A stretch of DNA of 64,000 bases from an uncultured Candidatus Saccharibacteria bacterium. Its GTDB lineage: Bacteria > Patescibacteriota > Saccharimonadia > Saccharimonadales > 2-12-FULL-41-12. The stretch covers positions 87,278-151,277 of the forward strand of contig CAMTYB010000002.1 of assembly GCA_947085855.1 (NCBI GenBank), written 5' to 3'. The notes below the pieces were generated by a model. The model had not been told where the DNA came from. It searched no databases and saw nothing but the letters and a program-made list of their open reading frames with translations. The translations under genes were made by a program, and so were the position numbers. Shown one piece after another: positions 63,870 to 64,000 of this stretch. The first letter of the stretch is position 1; every line of letters starts with the position of its first letter.

Positions 63870-64000
63870 GTGTTAGTCTGTGACTCCTTGATTGCAGTTC
63901 AATGTGACTATTATAGCAATTTTAACCATGAGTAAATAGCCATAATCTATTGAATATCATGCTCTCCTGAAATGTAGCTGAGGACAGGTATATATAATGA

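Overview
The window is a compact, mostly plus-strand stretch of bacterial chromosome. Gene content suggests a reduced-genome Patescibacteria/CPR organism, most likely Saccharibacteria (TM7)-like; this is inference, not a database result. Supporting features are a split transketolase, gatCAB, a small glycolysis/pentose-phosphate block, a PilB-type ATPase, one bifunctional PBP and many orphan proteins. I call about 58 protein genes.

Recognisable housekeeping genes include pheST, trxB, ppa, gap, rpiB, rpe, tkt (N and C subunits), fba, uvrB, gatC/A/B, dnaE, rplS, rnhB, pepN, nusA, clpC, radA, corA and rmuC. I saw no rRNA, tRNA, CRISPR array, transposase or integrase.

Regulatory RNA and DNA elements readable directly from the sequence:
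- a SAM-I riboswitch with an RBS-sequestering terminator hairpin ahead of a divergent Cys/Met-family PLP enzyme (4360-4562)
- a perfect CIRCE (HrcA) operator overlapping the clpC promoter (55149-55175)
- an intrinsic terminator inside the nusA leader (51878-51901)
- a strong terminator or candidate small RNA after corA (6758-6810)
- many TAnAAT -10 boxes 6-10 nt before start codons, implying leaderless mRNAs

The best candidate for an undescribed system is the 7.5 kb cluster at 40076-47643. It holds an SF2 DExH helicase followed by three large cytoplasmic proteins (556, 717 and 490 aa) with no motif I can place. The genes are tightly packed, have their own near-consensus promoters, and sit directly downstream of an orphan PilB/GspE ATPase.

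A second notable module is a phage-tail-fibre-like protein plus an alpha/beta hydrolase (53190-55138), inserted with its own promoter between nusA and clpC.

All functional calls rest on motif recognition by eye. No searches were run.
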